DNA of 64,000 nucleotides from Eledone cirrhosa. Lineage: Eukaryota. A model generated the notes under the pieces. That model ran no database searches, was not told the DNA's origin, and was given only the letters and a program-made list of their open reading frames with translations. Below are positions 47,128 to 61,154 of this stretch, piece by piece (position 1 is the stretch's first letter; each line of letters opens with the position of its first letter). The DNA is taken from the NCBI GenBank assembly GCA_964016885.1, contig OZ024740.1, positions 38,626,001-38,690,000 on the forward strand, read 5' to 3'. The translations under genes were made by a program, and so were the position numbers.

Positions 47128-50100
47128 AGAACTACTGGCTATACTATAACATATATACCATCTCTTGTCATTAACAAGGGTTAACAGTAGAACTATTCGC
47201 AATACTATAACATATACACCATCTCTTGTCATTAAGAAGGGTTAACAGTAGAACTACTGGCAATACTATAACATATACACCATCTTTTGTCATTAAGAAT
47301 GGTTAACAGTAGAACTACTGGCAATACTATGACATATACACCATCTCTTGTCATTAAGAAAGGTTAACAGTAGAACTACTAGAAATACTATAACATATAC
47401 ACCATCTCTTGTCATTAAGAAGGGGTAACAGTAGATCTACTGGCAATACTATAACATATACACCATCTCTTGACATTAACAAGGGTTAACATTAGAACTA
47501 CTGGCAATACTATAACATATACACCATCTCTTGTCATTAATAAGGGTTAACAGTAAAAATACTGGCAATACTGTAACATATACACCATCTCTTGCTGTTA
47601 ACAAGGGTTAACAGTAGAAGTACTGCCAATACTATAAAATATTCACCATCTCTTGTCATTAACAAGGGTTAACAGTAGAACTACTGGCTATACTATAACA
47701 TATATACCATCTCTTGTCATTAACAAGAGTTAACAGTAGAACTACTGGCTATACTATAACAAATATACCATCTCTTGTCATTAACAAGGGTTAACAGTAG
47801 AACTACTGGCAATACTATAACATATACACCATCCTTTGTCATTAAGAAGGGTTAACAGTAGAACTACTAGCAATACTATAACATATACACCATCTCTCGT
47901 CATTAAGAATGGTTAACAGTAGATCTACTGGCAATACTATAACATATATACCATCTCTTGTCATTAACAAGGGTTAACAGTAGAACTACTGGCAATACTA
48001 TAACATATACACCATCTCTTGTCATTAAGAAGGGTTAACAGTAGAACTACTGGCAATACTATAACATATACACCATCTCTTGTCATTAATAAGGGTTAAC
48101 AGTAGAACTACTGGCAATACTGTAACATATACACCATCTCTTGCGGTTAACAAGGGTTAACAGTAGAAGTACTGGCAATACTATAAAATATACACCATCT
48201 CTTGTCATTAACAAGGGTTAACAGTAGAACTACTGGCTATACTATAACATATATACCATCTCTTGTCATTAACAAGAGTTAACAGTAGAACTACTGGCTA
48301 TACTATAACATATATACCATCTCTTGTCATTAACAAGGGTTAACAGTAGAACTACTGGCAATACTATAACATATACACTATCTCTTGTCATTAATAAGGG
48401 TTAACAGTAGAACTACTGGCAATACTATAACATATATACCATCGCTTGTCATTAACAAGAGTTAACAGTAGAACTACTGGCTATACTATAACATATACAC
48501 CATCTCTTGTCATTAATAAGGGTTAACAGTAGAACTACTGGCAATACTATAACATATATACCATCGCTTGTCATTAACAAGAGTTAACAGTAGAACTACT
48601 GGCTATACTATAACATATATACCATCTCTTGTCATTAACAAGGGTTAACAGTAGAACTACTGGCAATACTATAACATATACACTATCTCTTGTCATTAAT
48701 AAGGGTTAACAGTAGAACTACTAGCAATACTATAACATATATACCATCTCTTGTCATTAAGAAGGGTTAACAGTAGAACTACTGGCAATACTATAACATA
48801 TACACCATCTCTTGTCATTAATAAGGGTTAACAGTAGAACTACTGGCAATACTATAACATATATACCATCGCTTGTCATTAACAAGAGTTAACAGTAGAA
48901 CTACTGGCTATACTATAACATATATACCATCTCTTGTCATTAACAAGGGTTAACAGTAGAACTATTCGCAATACTATAACATATACACCATCTCTTGTCA
49001 TTAAGAAGGGTTAACAGTAGAACTACTGGCAATACTATAACATATACACCATCTTTTGTCATTAAGAATGGTTAACAGTAGAACTACTGGCAATACTATA
49101 ACATATACACCATCTCTTGTCATTAAGAAAGGTTAACAGTAGAACTACTAGAAATACTATAACATATACACCATCTCTTGTCATTAAGAAGGGGTAACAG
49201 TAGATCTACTGGCAATACTATAACATATACACCATCTCTTGACATTAACAAGGGTTAACATTAGAACTACTGGCAATACTATAACATATACACCATCTCT
49301 TGTCATTAATAAGGGTTAACAGTAGAAATACTGGCAATACTGTAACATATACACCATCTCTTGCTGTTAACAAGGGTTAACAGTAGAAGTACTGCCAATA
49401 CTATAAAATATACACCATCTCTTGTCATTAACAAGGGTTAACAGTAGAACTACTGGCTATACTATAACATATATACCATCTCTTGTCATTAACAAGAGTT
49501 AAGAGTAGAACTACTGGCTATACTATAACAAATATACCATCTCTTGTCATTAACAAGGGTTAACAGTAGAACTACTGGCTATACTATAACATATATACCA
49601 TCTCTTGTCATTAACAAGGGTTAACAGTAGAACTATTCGCAATACTATAACATATACACCATCTCTTGTCATTAAGAAGGGTTAACAGTAGAACTACTGG
49701 CAATACTATAACATATACACCATCTTTTGTCATTAAGAATGGTTAACAGTAGAACTACTGGCAATACTATGACATATACACCATCTCTTGTCATTAAGAA
49801 AGGTTAACAGTAGAACTACTAGAAATACTATAACATATACACCATCTCTTGTCATTAAGAAGGGGTAACAGTAGATCTACTGGCAATACTATAACATATA
49901 CACCATCTCTTGACATTAACAAGGGTTAACATTAGAACTACTGGCAATACTATAACATATACACCATCTCTTGTCATTAATAAGGGTTAACAGTAAAAAT
50001 ACTGGCAATACTGTAACATATACACCATCTCTTGCTGTTAACAAGGGTTAACAGTAGAAGTACTGCCAATACTATAAAATATTCACCATCTCTTGTCATT

Positions 50101-52019
50101 AACAAGGGTTAACAGTAGAACTACTGGCTATACTATAACATATATACCATCTCTTGTCATTAACAAGAGTTAACAGTAGAACTACTGGCTATACTATAAC
50201 AAATATACCATCTCTTGTCATTAACAAGGGTTAACAGTAGAACTACTGGCAATACTATAACATATACACCATCCTTTGTCATTAAGAAGGGTTAACAGTA
50301 GAACTACTAGCAATACTATAACATATACACCATCTCTCGTCATTAAGAATGGTTAACAGTAGATCTACTGGCAATACTATAACATATATACCATCTCTTG
50401 TCATTAACAAGGGTTAACAGTAGAACTACTGGCAATACTATAACATATACACCATCTCTTGTCATTAAGAAGGGTTAACAGTAGAACTACTGGCAATACT
50501 ATAACATATACACCATCTCTTGTCATTAATAAGGGTTAACAGTAGAACTACTGGCAATACTGTAACATATACACCATCTCTTGCGGTTAACAAGGGTTAA
50601 CAGTAGAAGTACTGGCAATACTATAAAATATACACCATCTCTTGTCATTAACAAGGGTTAACAGTAGAACTACTGGCTATACTATAACATATATACCATC
50701 TCTTGTCATTAACAAGAGTTAACAGTAGAACTACTGGCTATACTATAACATATATACCATCTCTTGTCATTAACAAGGGTTAACAGTAGAACTACTGGCA
50801 ATACTATAACATATACACTATCTCTTGTCATTAATAAGGGTTAACAGTAGAACTACTGGCAATACTATAACATATATACCATCGCTTGTCATTAACAAGA
50901 GTTAACAGTAGAACTACTGGCTATACTATAACATATACACCATCTCTTGTCATTAATAAGGGTTAACAGTAGAACTACTGGCAATACTATAACATATATA
51001 CCATCGCTTGTCATTAACAAGAGTTAACAGTAGAACTACTGGCTATACTATAACATATATACCATCTCTTGTCATTAACAAGGGTTAACAGTAGAACTAC
51101 TGGCAATACTATAACATATACACTATCTCTTGTCATTAATAAGGGTTAACAGTAGAACTACTAGCAATACTATAACATATATACCATCTCTTGTCATTAA
51201 GAAGGGTTAACAGTAGAACTACTGGCAATACTATAACATATACACCATCTCTTGTCATTAATAAGGGTTAACAGTAGAACTACTGGCAATACTATAACAT
51301 ATATACCATCGCTTGTCATTAACAAGAGTTAACAGTAGAACTACTGGCTATACTATAACATATATACCATCTCTTGTCATTAACAAGGGTTAACAGTAGA
51401 ACTATTCGCAATACTATAACATATACACCATCTCTTGTCATTAAGAAGGGTTAACAGTAGAACTACTGGCAATACTATAACATATACACCATCTTTTGTC
51501 ATTAAGATTGGTTAACAGTAGAACTACTGGCAATACTATAACATATACACCATCTCTTGTCATTAAGAAAGGTTAACAGTAGAACTACTAGAAATACTAT
51601 AACATATACACCATCTCTTGTCATTAAGAAGGGGTAACAGTAGATCTACTGGCAATACTATAACATATACACCATCTCTTGACATTAACAAGGGTTAACA
51701 TTAGAACTACTGGCAATACTATAACATATACACCATCTCTTGTCATTAATAAGGGTTAACAGTAGAAATACTGGCAATACTGTAACATATACACCATCTC
51801 TTGCTGTTAACAAGGGTTAACAGTAGAAGTACTGCCAATACTACAAAATATACACCATCTCTTGTCATTAACAAGGGTTAACAGTAGAACTACTGGCTAT
51901 ACTATAACATATATACCATCTCTTGTCATTAACAAGAGTTAAGAGTAGAACTACTGGCTATACTATAACAAATATACCATCTCTTGTCATTAACAAGGGT
52001 TAACAGTAGAACTACTGGC
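47128..52019 (+). repeat. Tandem duplication of a 2,440-bp, 40-monomer unit
   Basis: CAGTAAAAAT at 47551/49991, CATCTCTCGT at 47891/50331 and AAGAGTAGAA at 49501/51941 are all offset by 2,440 (40x61). I noticed two SNP differences (~51507, ~51844). Confidence 0.92.
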
Positions 52020-53376
52020 AATACTATAAGATATACACTATCTCTTGTCATTAATAAGGGTTAACAGTAGAACTACTGGCAGTACTATAACATATATACC
52101 ATCGCTTGTCATTAACAAGAGTTAACAGTAGAACTACTGGCTATACTATAACATATACACCATCTCTTGTCATTAACAAGTGTTAACAGTAGAACTACTG
52201 GCAATACTATAACATATACACCATCTCTTGTCATTAACAAGTGTTAATAGTAGAACTACTGGCAATACTATAACATATATACCATCTCTTGTCATTAGGA
52301 AGGGTTAACAGTAGAACTACTGGCAATACTATAATATATACACCATCCCTTGTCATTAAGAAGTGTTAACCGTAGAACTACTGGCGATACTATAACATAT
52401 ACACCATCTCTTGTCATTAATAAGGGTTAACAGTAGAACTACTGGCAATACTATAACATATACACCATCCTTTGTCATTAAGAAGGGTTAAAAATAGAAC
52501 TACTAGCAATACTATAACATATACACCATCTCTTGTCATTAAGAAGGGTTAACAGTAGATCTACTGGCAATACTATAACATATACACAATCTCTTGTCAT
52601 TAACAAGAGTCAACAGTAGAACTACTGGCTATACTATAACATATATACACTCTTGTCATTAACAAGGGTTAACAGTAGAACTACTGGCAATACTATAACA
52701 TATACACCATCTCTTGTCATTAAGAAGGGTCAACAGTAGAACTACTGGCAATACTATAACATATATACCATCGCTTGTCATTAACAAGAGTTAACAGTAG
52801 AACTACTGGATATACTATAACATATACACCATCTCTTGTCATTAACAAGTGTTAACAGTAGAACTACTGGCAATACTATAACATATACAACATCTCTTGT
52901 CATTAAGAAGGGTTAACAGTAGAACTACTGGCAATACTATAACATAAACACCATCTCTTGTAATTAACAAGTGTTAATAGTAGAACTACTGGCAATACTA
53001 TAACATATATACCATCTCTTGTCATTAAGAAGAGTTAACAGTAGAACTACTGGCATTACTATAACATATACACCATCCCTTGTCATTAAGAAGTGTTAAC
53101 CGTAGAACTACTGGCGATACTATAACATATACACCATCTCTTGTCATTAAGAAGGGTTAACAGTAGAACTACTGGCAATACTATAACATATACACCATCC
53201 TTTGTCATTAAGAAGGGTTAACAGTAGAACTACTAGCAATACTATAACATATACACCATCTCTTGTCATTAAGAAGGGTTAACAGTAGAACTACTGGCAA
53301 TACTATAACATATACACCATCTCTTGTCATTAATAAGGGTTAACAGTAGAACTACTGGCAATACTGTAACATATAC

Positions 53377-53395
53377 ACCATCTCTTGCGGTTAAC
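53377..53395 (+). repeat. Single 19-bp truncated monomer (42-bp deletion relative to the monomer phase)
   Basis: ACCATCTCTTGCGGTTAAC is followed directly by ACCATCTCTTG, with ACA microhomology at the join. Seen once. Confidence 0.88.
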
Positions 53396-56300
53396 ACCAT
53401 CTCTTGTCATTAACAAGGGTTGACAATAGAACTACTGGCAATACTATAACATATATACCATCTCTTGTGATTAACAAGGGTTAACAGTAGAACTACTGGC
53501 AATACTATAACATATATACCATCTCTTGTCATTAAGAAGGGTTAACAGTATAACTAGTGGAAAAACTATAACATATACACCATCTCTTGTCATTAAGAAG
53601 GGTTAACAGTAGAACTACTTGCAATACTATGACATATACACCATCTCTTGTCATTAACAAGGGTTAACAGTAGAACTACTGGCAATACTATAAGATATAC
53701 ACCATCTCTTGTCATTAACAAGAGTTAACAGTAGAACTACTGTCAATACTATAACATATATAACATCTCTTGTCATTAAGAATGGTTAACAGTAGAACTA
53801 CTTGCAATACTATGACATATACACCATCTCTTTTCATTAACAAGGGTTAACAGTAGAACTACTGGCAATACTATAAGTTATACACCATCTCTTGTCATTA
53901 ACAAGTGTTAACAGTAGAACTAATGTCAATACTATAACATATACACCATCTCTTGTCATTAAGAAGGGTTAACAGTAGAAGTACTGGCAATACTATAACA
54001 TATCCACCATCCCTTGTCATTAAGCAGTGTTAACCGTAGAACTTCTGGCAATACTATAACATATACACCATCTCTTGTCATTAAGAAGGGTTAACAGTAG
54101 AACTACTGGCAATACTATAACATATACACCATCTTTTGTCATTAAGAAGGGTTAACAGTAGAACTACTGGCAATAATATAGCATATACACCATCTCTTGT
54201 CATTAAGAAAGGTTAACAGTAGAACTACTAGCAATACTATAACATATACACCATCTCTTGTCATTAACAAGTGTTAACAGTAGAACTACTGGCAATACTA
54301 TAACATATACACCATCTCTTGTCATTAAGAAGGGTTAACAGTAGAACTACTGGCAATACTATAACATATACACCATCCCTTGTCATTAAGAAGTGTTAAC
54401 CGTAGAACTACTGGCAATACTATAACATATACACCATCTCTTGTCATTAAGAAGGGTTAACAGTAGAACTACTGGCAATACTATAACATATACACCATCC
54501 TTTGTCATTAAGAAGTGTTAACAGTAGAACTACTAGCAATATTATAACATATACACCATGACTCGTCATTAAGAAGGGTTAACAGTAGATCTACTGGCAA
54601 TACTATAACATATACACCATCTCTTGTCATTAATAAGGGTTAACAGTAGAACTACTAGCAATACTATAACATATATACAATCTCTTGTCATTAAGAAGGG
54701 TTAACAGTAGAACTACTGGCAATACTATAACATATACACCATCTCTTGTCATTAATAAGGGTTAACAGTAGAACTACTGGCAATACTATAACATATACAC
54801 CATCGCTTGTCATTAACAAGAGTTAACAGTAGAACTACTGGCTATACTATAACATATATACCATCTCTTGTCATTAACAAATGTTAACAGTAGAACTACT
54901 GGCAATACTATAACATATACACCATCTCTTTTCATTAAGAAGGGTTAACAGCAGAACTATTGGCAATACTATAACATGTACACCATCTCTTGTCATTAAG
55001 AAGGGTTAACATTAGAATTACTGGTAATACTATAACATATATACCATCTCTTGTCATTAACAAGGGTTAACAATAGAACTACTGGCAACACTATAACATA
55101 TACACAATCTCTTGTCATTAAAAGGGTCAACAGTAGAACTACTGGCAATACTATTACATATACACCATCTCTTGTCATTAACAAGGGTTAACAGTACAAC
55201 TGCTGGGAATAATATAACATATAAACCATCTCTTGTCATTAAGAAGGGTTAACAGTAGACCGACTGGCAATACATATATACCATCTCTTGTCATTAACAA
55301 GGGTTAACAGTAGAACTATTCGCAATACTATAACATATACACCATCTCTTGTCATTAAGAAGGGGTAACAGTAGAAATACTGGCAATACTATAACATATA
55401 CACTATCTCTTGTCATTAAGAAGGGTTAACAGTAGAACTACTGGCAATACTATAACATATACACCATCTCTTGTCATTAAGAAGGGTTAACAGTAGAACT
55501 ACAGGCAATACTATCACATATACACTATCTCTTGTCATTAACAAGGGATAACAGTGGAACTATTCGCAATACTATAACATATACACCATCTCTTGTCATT
55601 AAGAAGGGATAACAGTAGAACTATTGGCAATACTATAACTTATACACCATATCTTGTCATTAACAAGGGTTAACAGTAGAACTACTGGCAATACTATAAA
55701 ATATACACCATCTCTTGTCATTAACAAGGGTTGACAATAGAACTACTGGCAATACTATAACATATATACCATCTCTTGTGATTAACAAGGGTTAACAGTA
55801 GAACTACTAGCAATACTATAACATATACACCATCTGTTGTCATTAAGAAGGGTTAACAATATAACTACTGGAAAAACTATAACATATACACCATCTCTTG
55901 TCATTAAGAAGGGTTAAAAGTAGAACTACTTGCAATACCATGACATATACACCATCTCTTGTCATTAACAAGGGTTAACAGTAGAACTACTGGCAATACT
56001 ATAAGATATACACCATCTCTTGTCATTAACAAGAGTTAACAGTAGAACTACTGTCAATACTATAACATATATAACATCTCTTGTCATTAAGAAGGGTTAA
56101 CAGTATAACGACTGGAAATACAATAACATATACACCATCTCTTGTCATTAAGAATGGTTAACAGTAGAACTACTGGCAATACTATAAGATATAAACCATC
56201 TCTTGTCATTAACAAGAGTTAACAGTAGAACTACTGTCAATACTATAACATATACATCATCTCTTGTCATTAAGAAGGGTTAACAGTAGAACTACTGGCA

Positions 56301-56566
56301 ATACTATAACATATCCACCATCTCTTGTCATTAAGAAGTGTTAACCTTAGAACTACTGGCAATACTACAACATATACACCATCTCTTGTCATTAAGAAGG
56401 GTTAACAGTAGAACTACTGTCAATACTATAACATATACACCATCTCTTGTCATTAATAAGGGTTAACATTAGAACTACTAGCAATACTATAACATATATA
56501 CCATCTCTTGTCGTTAACAAGGGTTAACATTAGAACTACTGGCAATACTATAACATATACACCATC

Positions 56567-56816
56567 AAGAGATGTTATAGTATTGCCAGTAGTTCTACTG
56601 TTAACCCTTGTTAATGACAAGAGATGGTATATATGTTATAGTATAGCCAGTAGTTCTACTGTTAACTCTTGTAAATGACAAGCAATGGTATATATGTTAT
56701 AGTATTGCCAGTAGTTCTACTGTTAACCCTTATTAATGACAAGAGATGGTGTATATGTTATAGTATTGCCAGTAGTTCTACTGTTAACCCTTCTTAATGA
56801 CAAGAGATGGTATATA
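56567..56816 (-). repeat. Inverted block of about 4 satellite monomers (copy 1)
   Basis: After ...ACACCATC at 56566 the sequence switches to the reverse complement of the monomer (ATGTTATAGTATTGCCAGTAGTTCTACTGTTAACCCTT...). It returns to the forward strand at GGTATATATACACC (56809-56822). Confidence 0.97.
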
Positions 56817-59800
56817 TACACCATCTCTTGTCATTAAGAAGGGTTAACAGTAGAACTACTGGCAATACTATAACATATACACCATCTCTTGACATGAAGA
56901 AGGGTTAACAGTAGAACTACTGGCAATACTATAACTTATACACCATATCTTGTCATTAACAAGGGTTAACAGTAGAACTATTCGCAATACTATAACATAT
57001 ACACCATCTCTTGTCATTAACAAGGGTTAACAGTAGAACTACTGGCAATACTATAAAATATACACCATCTCTTGTCATTAACAAGGGTTAACAGTAGAAC
57101 TACTGGCAATACTATAACATATATACCATCTCTTGTAATTAACAAGGGCTAACAGTAGAACTACAGGCAATACTATAAGATATACACCATCTCTTGTCAT
57201 TAACAAGAGTTTACAGTAGAACTACTGTCAATACTATAATATATATACCATCTCTTGTCATTAAGAAGGGTTAACAGTATAACTACTGGAAATACTATAA
57301 GATATACACCATCTCTTGTCATTAAGAAGGGTTAACAGTAGAACTACTTGCAATACTATGACATATACACCATCTCTTTTCATTAACAAGGGTTAACAGT
57401 AGAACTACTGGAAATACTATAAGACATACACCATCTCTTGTCATTAACAAGAGTTAACAGTAGAACTACTGTCAATACTATAACATATACACCATCTCTT
57501 GTCATTAAGAAGGGATAACAGTAGAACTACTGACAATACTATAACATATCCACCATCCCTTGTCATTAAGAAGTGTTAACCGTAGAACTACTGGCAATAC
57601 TATAACATATACACCATCTCTTGACATTAAGAAGGGTCAACAGTAGAACTACTGGCAATACTGTAACATATACACCATCTCTTGCTGTTAACAAGGGTTA
57701 ACAGTAGAACTACTGGCAATACTATAAAATATACACCATCTCTTGTCATTAACAAGGGTTAACAGTAGAACTACTGGCAATACTATAACATATACACCAT
57801 CTCTTGTCATTAAGAAGGGTTAACAGTAGAACTATTGGCAATACTATAACATATACACCATCTCCTGTCATTAAGAAGGGTTAACATTAGAACTGCTGGT
57901 AATACTGTAACATATATACCATCTCTTGTCATTAACAAGGGTTAACAGTAGAACTACTGGCAATACTATAAAATATACACCATCTCTTGTCATTAACAAG
58001 GGTTAACAGTAGAACTACTGGCAATACTATAACATATACACCATCTCTTGTCATTTACAAGTGTTAACAGTAGAACTACTGGCAATACTATAACATAAAC
58101 ACCATCACTTGTAATTAACAAGGGTTAACAGTAGAACTACTGGCAATACTATATCATATACACCATCTCTTTTCATTAAGAGGGTTAACAGTAGAACTAC
58201 TGGCAATACTATAAGATATACACCATCCTTTATCATTAAGAAGTGTTAACAGTAGAACTACTGTCAATACTATAACATATATACCATCTCTTGTCATTAA
58301 GAAAGGTTAACAGTAGGACTACTAGCAATACTATAAAATATACACCATCTCTTGTCATTAATAAGGGTTAACAGTAGATCTACTGGCAATACTATAACAT
58401 ATACACCATCTCTTGTCATTAAGAAGGGTTAACAGTAGAACTACTGGCAATACTATAACATATACACCATCCCTTGTCATTAAGAAGTGTTAACCGTAGA
58501 ACTACTGGCAATACTATAACATATACACCATCTCTTGTCATTAAGAAGGGTTAACAGTAGAACTACTGGCAATACTATAACATATACACCATCCTTTGTC
58601 ATTAAGAAGTGTTAACAGTAGAACTACTAGCAATATTATAACATATACACCATGACTCGTCATTAAGAAGGGTTAACAGTAGATCTACTGGCAATACTAT
58701 AACATATACACCATCTCTTGTCATTAATAAGGGTTAACAGTAGAACTACTAGCAATACTATAACATATATACAATCTCTTGTCATTAAGAAGGGTTAACA
58801 GTAGAACTACTGGCAATACTATAACATATACACCATCTCTTGTCATTAATAAGGGTTAACAGTAGAACTACTGGCAATAATATAACATATACACCATCGC
58901 TTGTCATTAAAAAGAGTTAACAGTAGAACTACTGGCTATACTATAACATATATACCATCTCTTGTCATTAACAAATGTTAACAGTAGAACTACTGGCAAT
59001 ACTATAACATATACAGCATCTCTTTTCATTAAGAAGGGTTAACAGCAGAACTATTGGCAATACTATAACATGTACACCATCTCTTGTCATTAAGAAGGGT
59101 TAACATTAGAATTACTGGTAATACTATAACATATATACCATCTCTTGTCATTAACAAGGGTTAACAATAGAACTGCTGGCAACACTATAACATATACACA
59201 ATCTCTTGTCATTAAAAGGGTCAACAGTAGAACTACTGGCAATACTATTACATATACACCATCTCTTGTCATTAACAAGGGTTAACAGTACAACTGCTGG
59301 GAATAATATAACATATAAACCATCTCTTGTCATTAAGAAGGGTTAACAGTAGTCCGACTGGCAATACATATATACCATCTCTTGTCATTAACAAGGGTTA
59401 ACAGTAGAACTATTCGCAATACTATAACATATACACCATCTCTTGTCATTAAGAAGGGGTAACAGTAGAAATACTGGCAATACTATAACATATACACTAT
59501 CTCTTGTCATTAAGAAGGGTTAACAGTAGAACTACTGGCAATACTATAACATATACACCATCTCTTGTCATTAAGAAGCGTTAACAGTAGAACTACAGGC
59601 AATACTATCACATATACACTATCTCTTGTCATTAACAAGGGATAACAGTGGAACTATTCGCAATACTATAACATATACACCATCTCTTGTCATTAAGAAG
59701 GGATAACAGTAGAACTATTGGCAATACTATAACTTATACACCATATCTTGTCATTAACAAGGGTTAACAGTAGAACTATTCGCAATACTATAACATATAC

Positions 59801-60904
59801 ACCATCTCTTGTCATTAACAAGGGTTAACAGTAGAACTACTGGCAATACTATAAAATATACACCATCTCTTGTCATTAACAAGGGTTGACAATAGAACTA
59901 CTGGCAATACTATAACATATATACCATCTCTTGTGATTAACAAGGGTTAACAGTAGAACTACTGGCAATACTATAACATATATACCATCTCTTGTCATTA
60001 AGAAGGGTTAACAGTATAACTACTGGAAAAACTATAACATATACACCATCTCTTGTCATTAAGAAGGGTTAACAGTAGAACTACTTGCAATACCATGACA
60101 TATACACCATCTCTTGTCATTAACAAGGGTTAACAGTAGAACTACTAGCAATACTATAAGATATACACCATCTCTTGTCATTAACAAGAGTTAACAGTAG
60201 AACTACTGTCAATACTATAACATATATAACATCTCTTGTCATTAAGAAGGGTTAACAGTATAACGACTGGAAATACAATAACATATACACCATCTCTTGT
60301 CATTAAGAATGGTTAACAGTAGAACTACTGGCAATACTATAAGATATAAACCATCTCTTGTCATTAACAAGAGTTAACAGTAGAACTACTGTCAATACTA
60401 TAACATATACATCATCTCTTGTCATTAAGAAGGGTTAACAGTAGAACTACTGGCAATACTATAACATATCCACCATCTCTTGTCATTAAGAAGTGTTAAC
60501 CTTAGAACTACTGGCAATACTACAACATATACACCATCTCTTGTCATTAAGAAGGGTTAACAGTAGAACTACTGTCAATACTATAACATATACACCATCT
60601 TTTGTCATTAAGAAGGGTTAACAGTAGAACTACTGGCAATACTATAACATATACACCATCTCTTGTCATTAAGAAAGGTTAACAGTAGAACTACTAGCAA
60701 TACTATAACATATACACCATCTCTTGTCATTAAGAAGGGTTAACAGTAGATCTACTGGCAATACTATAACATATACACCATCTCTTGTCATTAATAAGGG
60801 TTAACAGTAGAACTACTAGCAATACTATAACATATATACCATCTCTTGTCGTTAACAAGGGTTAACATTAGAACTACTGGCAATACTATAACATATACAC
60901 CATC

Positions 60905-61154
60905 AAGAGATGTTATAGTATTGCCAGTAGTTCTACTGTTAACCCTTGTTAATGACAAGAGATGGTATATATGTTATAGTATAGCCAGTAGTTCTACTGT
61001 TAACTCTTGTAAATGACAAGCGATGGTATATATGTTATAGTATTGCCAGTAGTTCTACTGTTAACCCTTATTAATGACAAGAGATGGTGTATATGTTATA
61101 GTATTGCCAGTAGTTCTACTGTTAACCCTTCTTAATGACAAGAGATGGTATAAA
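60905..61154 (-). repeat. Inverted block of about 4 satellite monomers (copy 2)
   Basis: Same left junction (CACCATCAAGAGATGTTATAG) and same length as copy 1. The right junction reads GGTATAAATACACC. Confidence 0.97.

Noticed and set aside
56567-61154. Transposon or MITE defined by inverted repeats or by TTAA target sites
   Set aside because: The inverted DNA is pure satellite, and both blocks have the same orientation. There is no non-satellite internal sequence or target-site duplication, and TTAA is part of every monomer.
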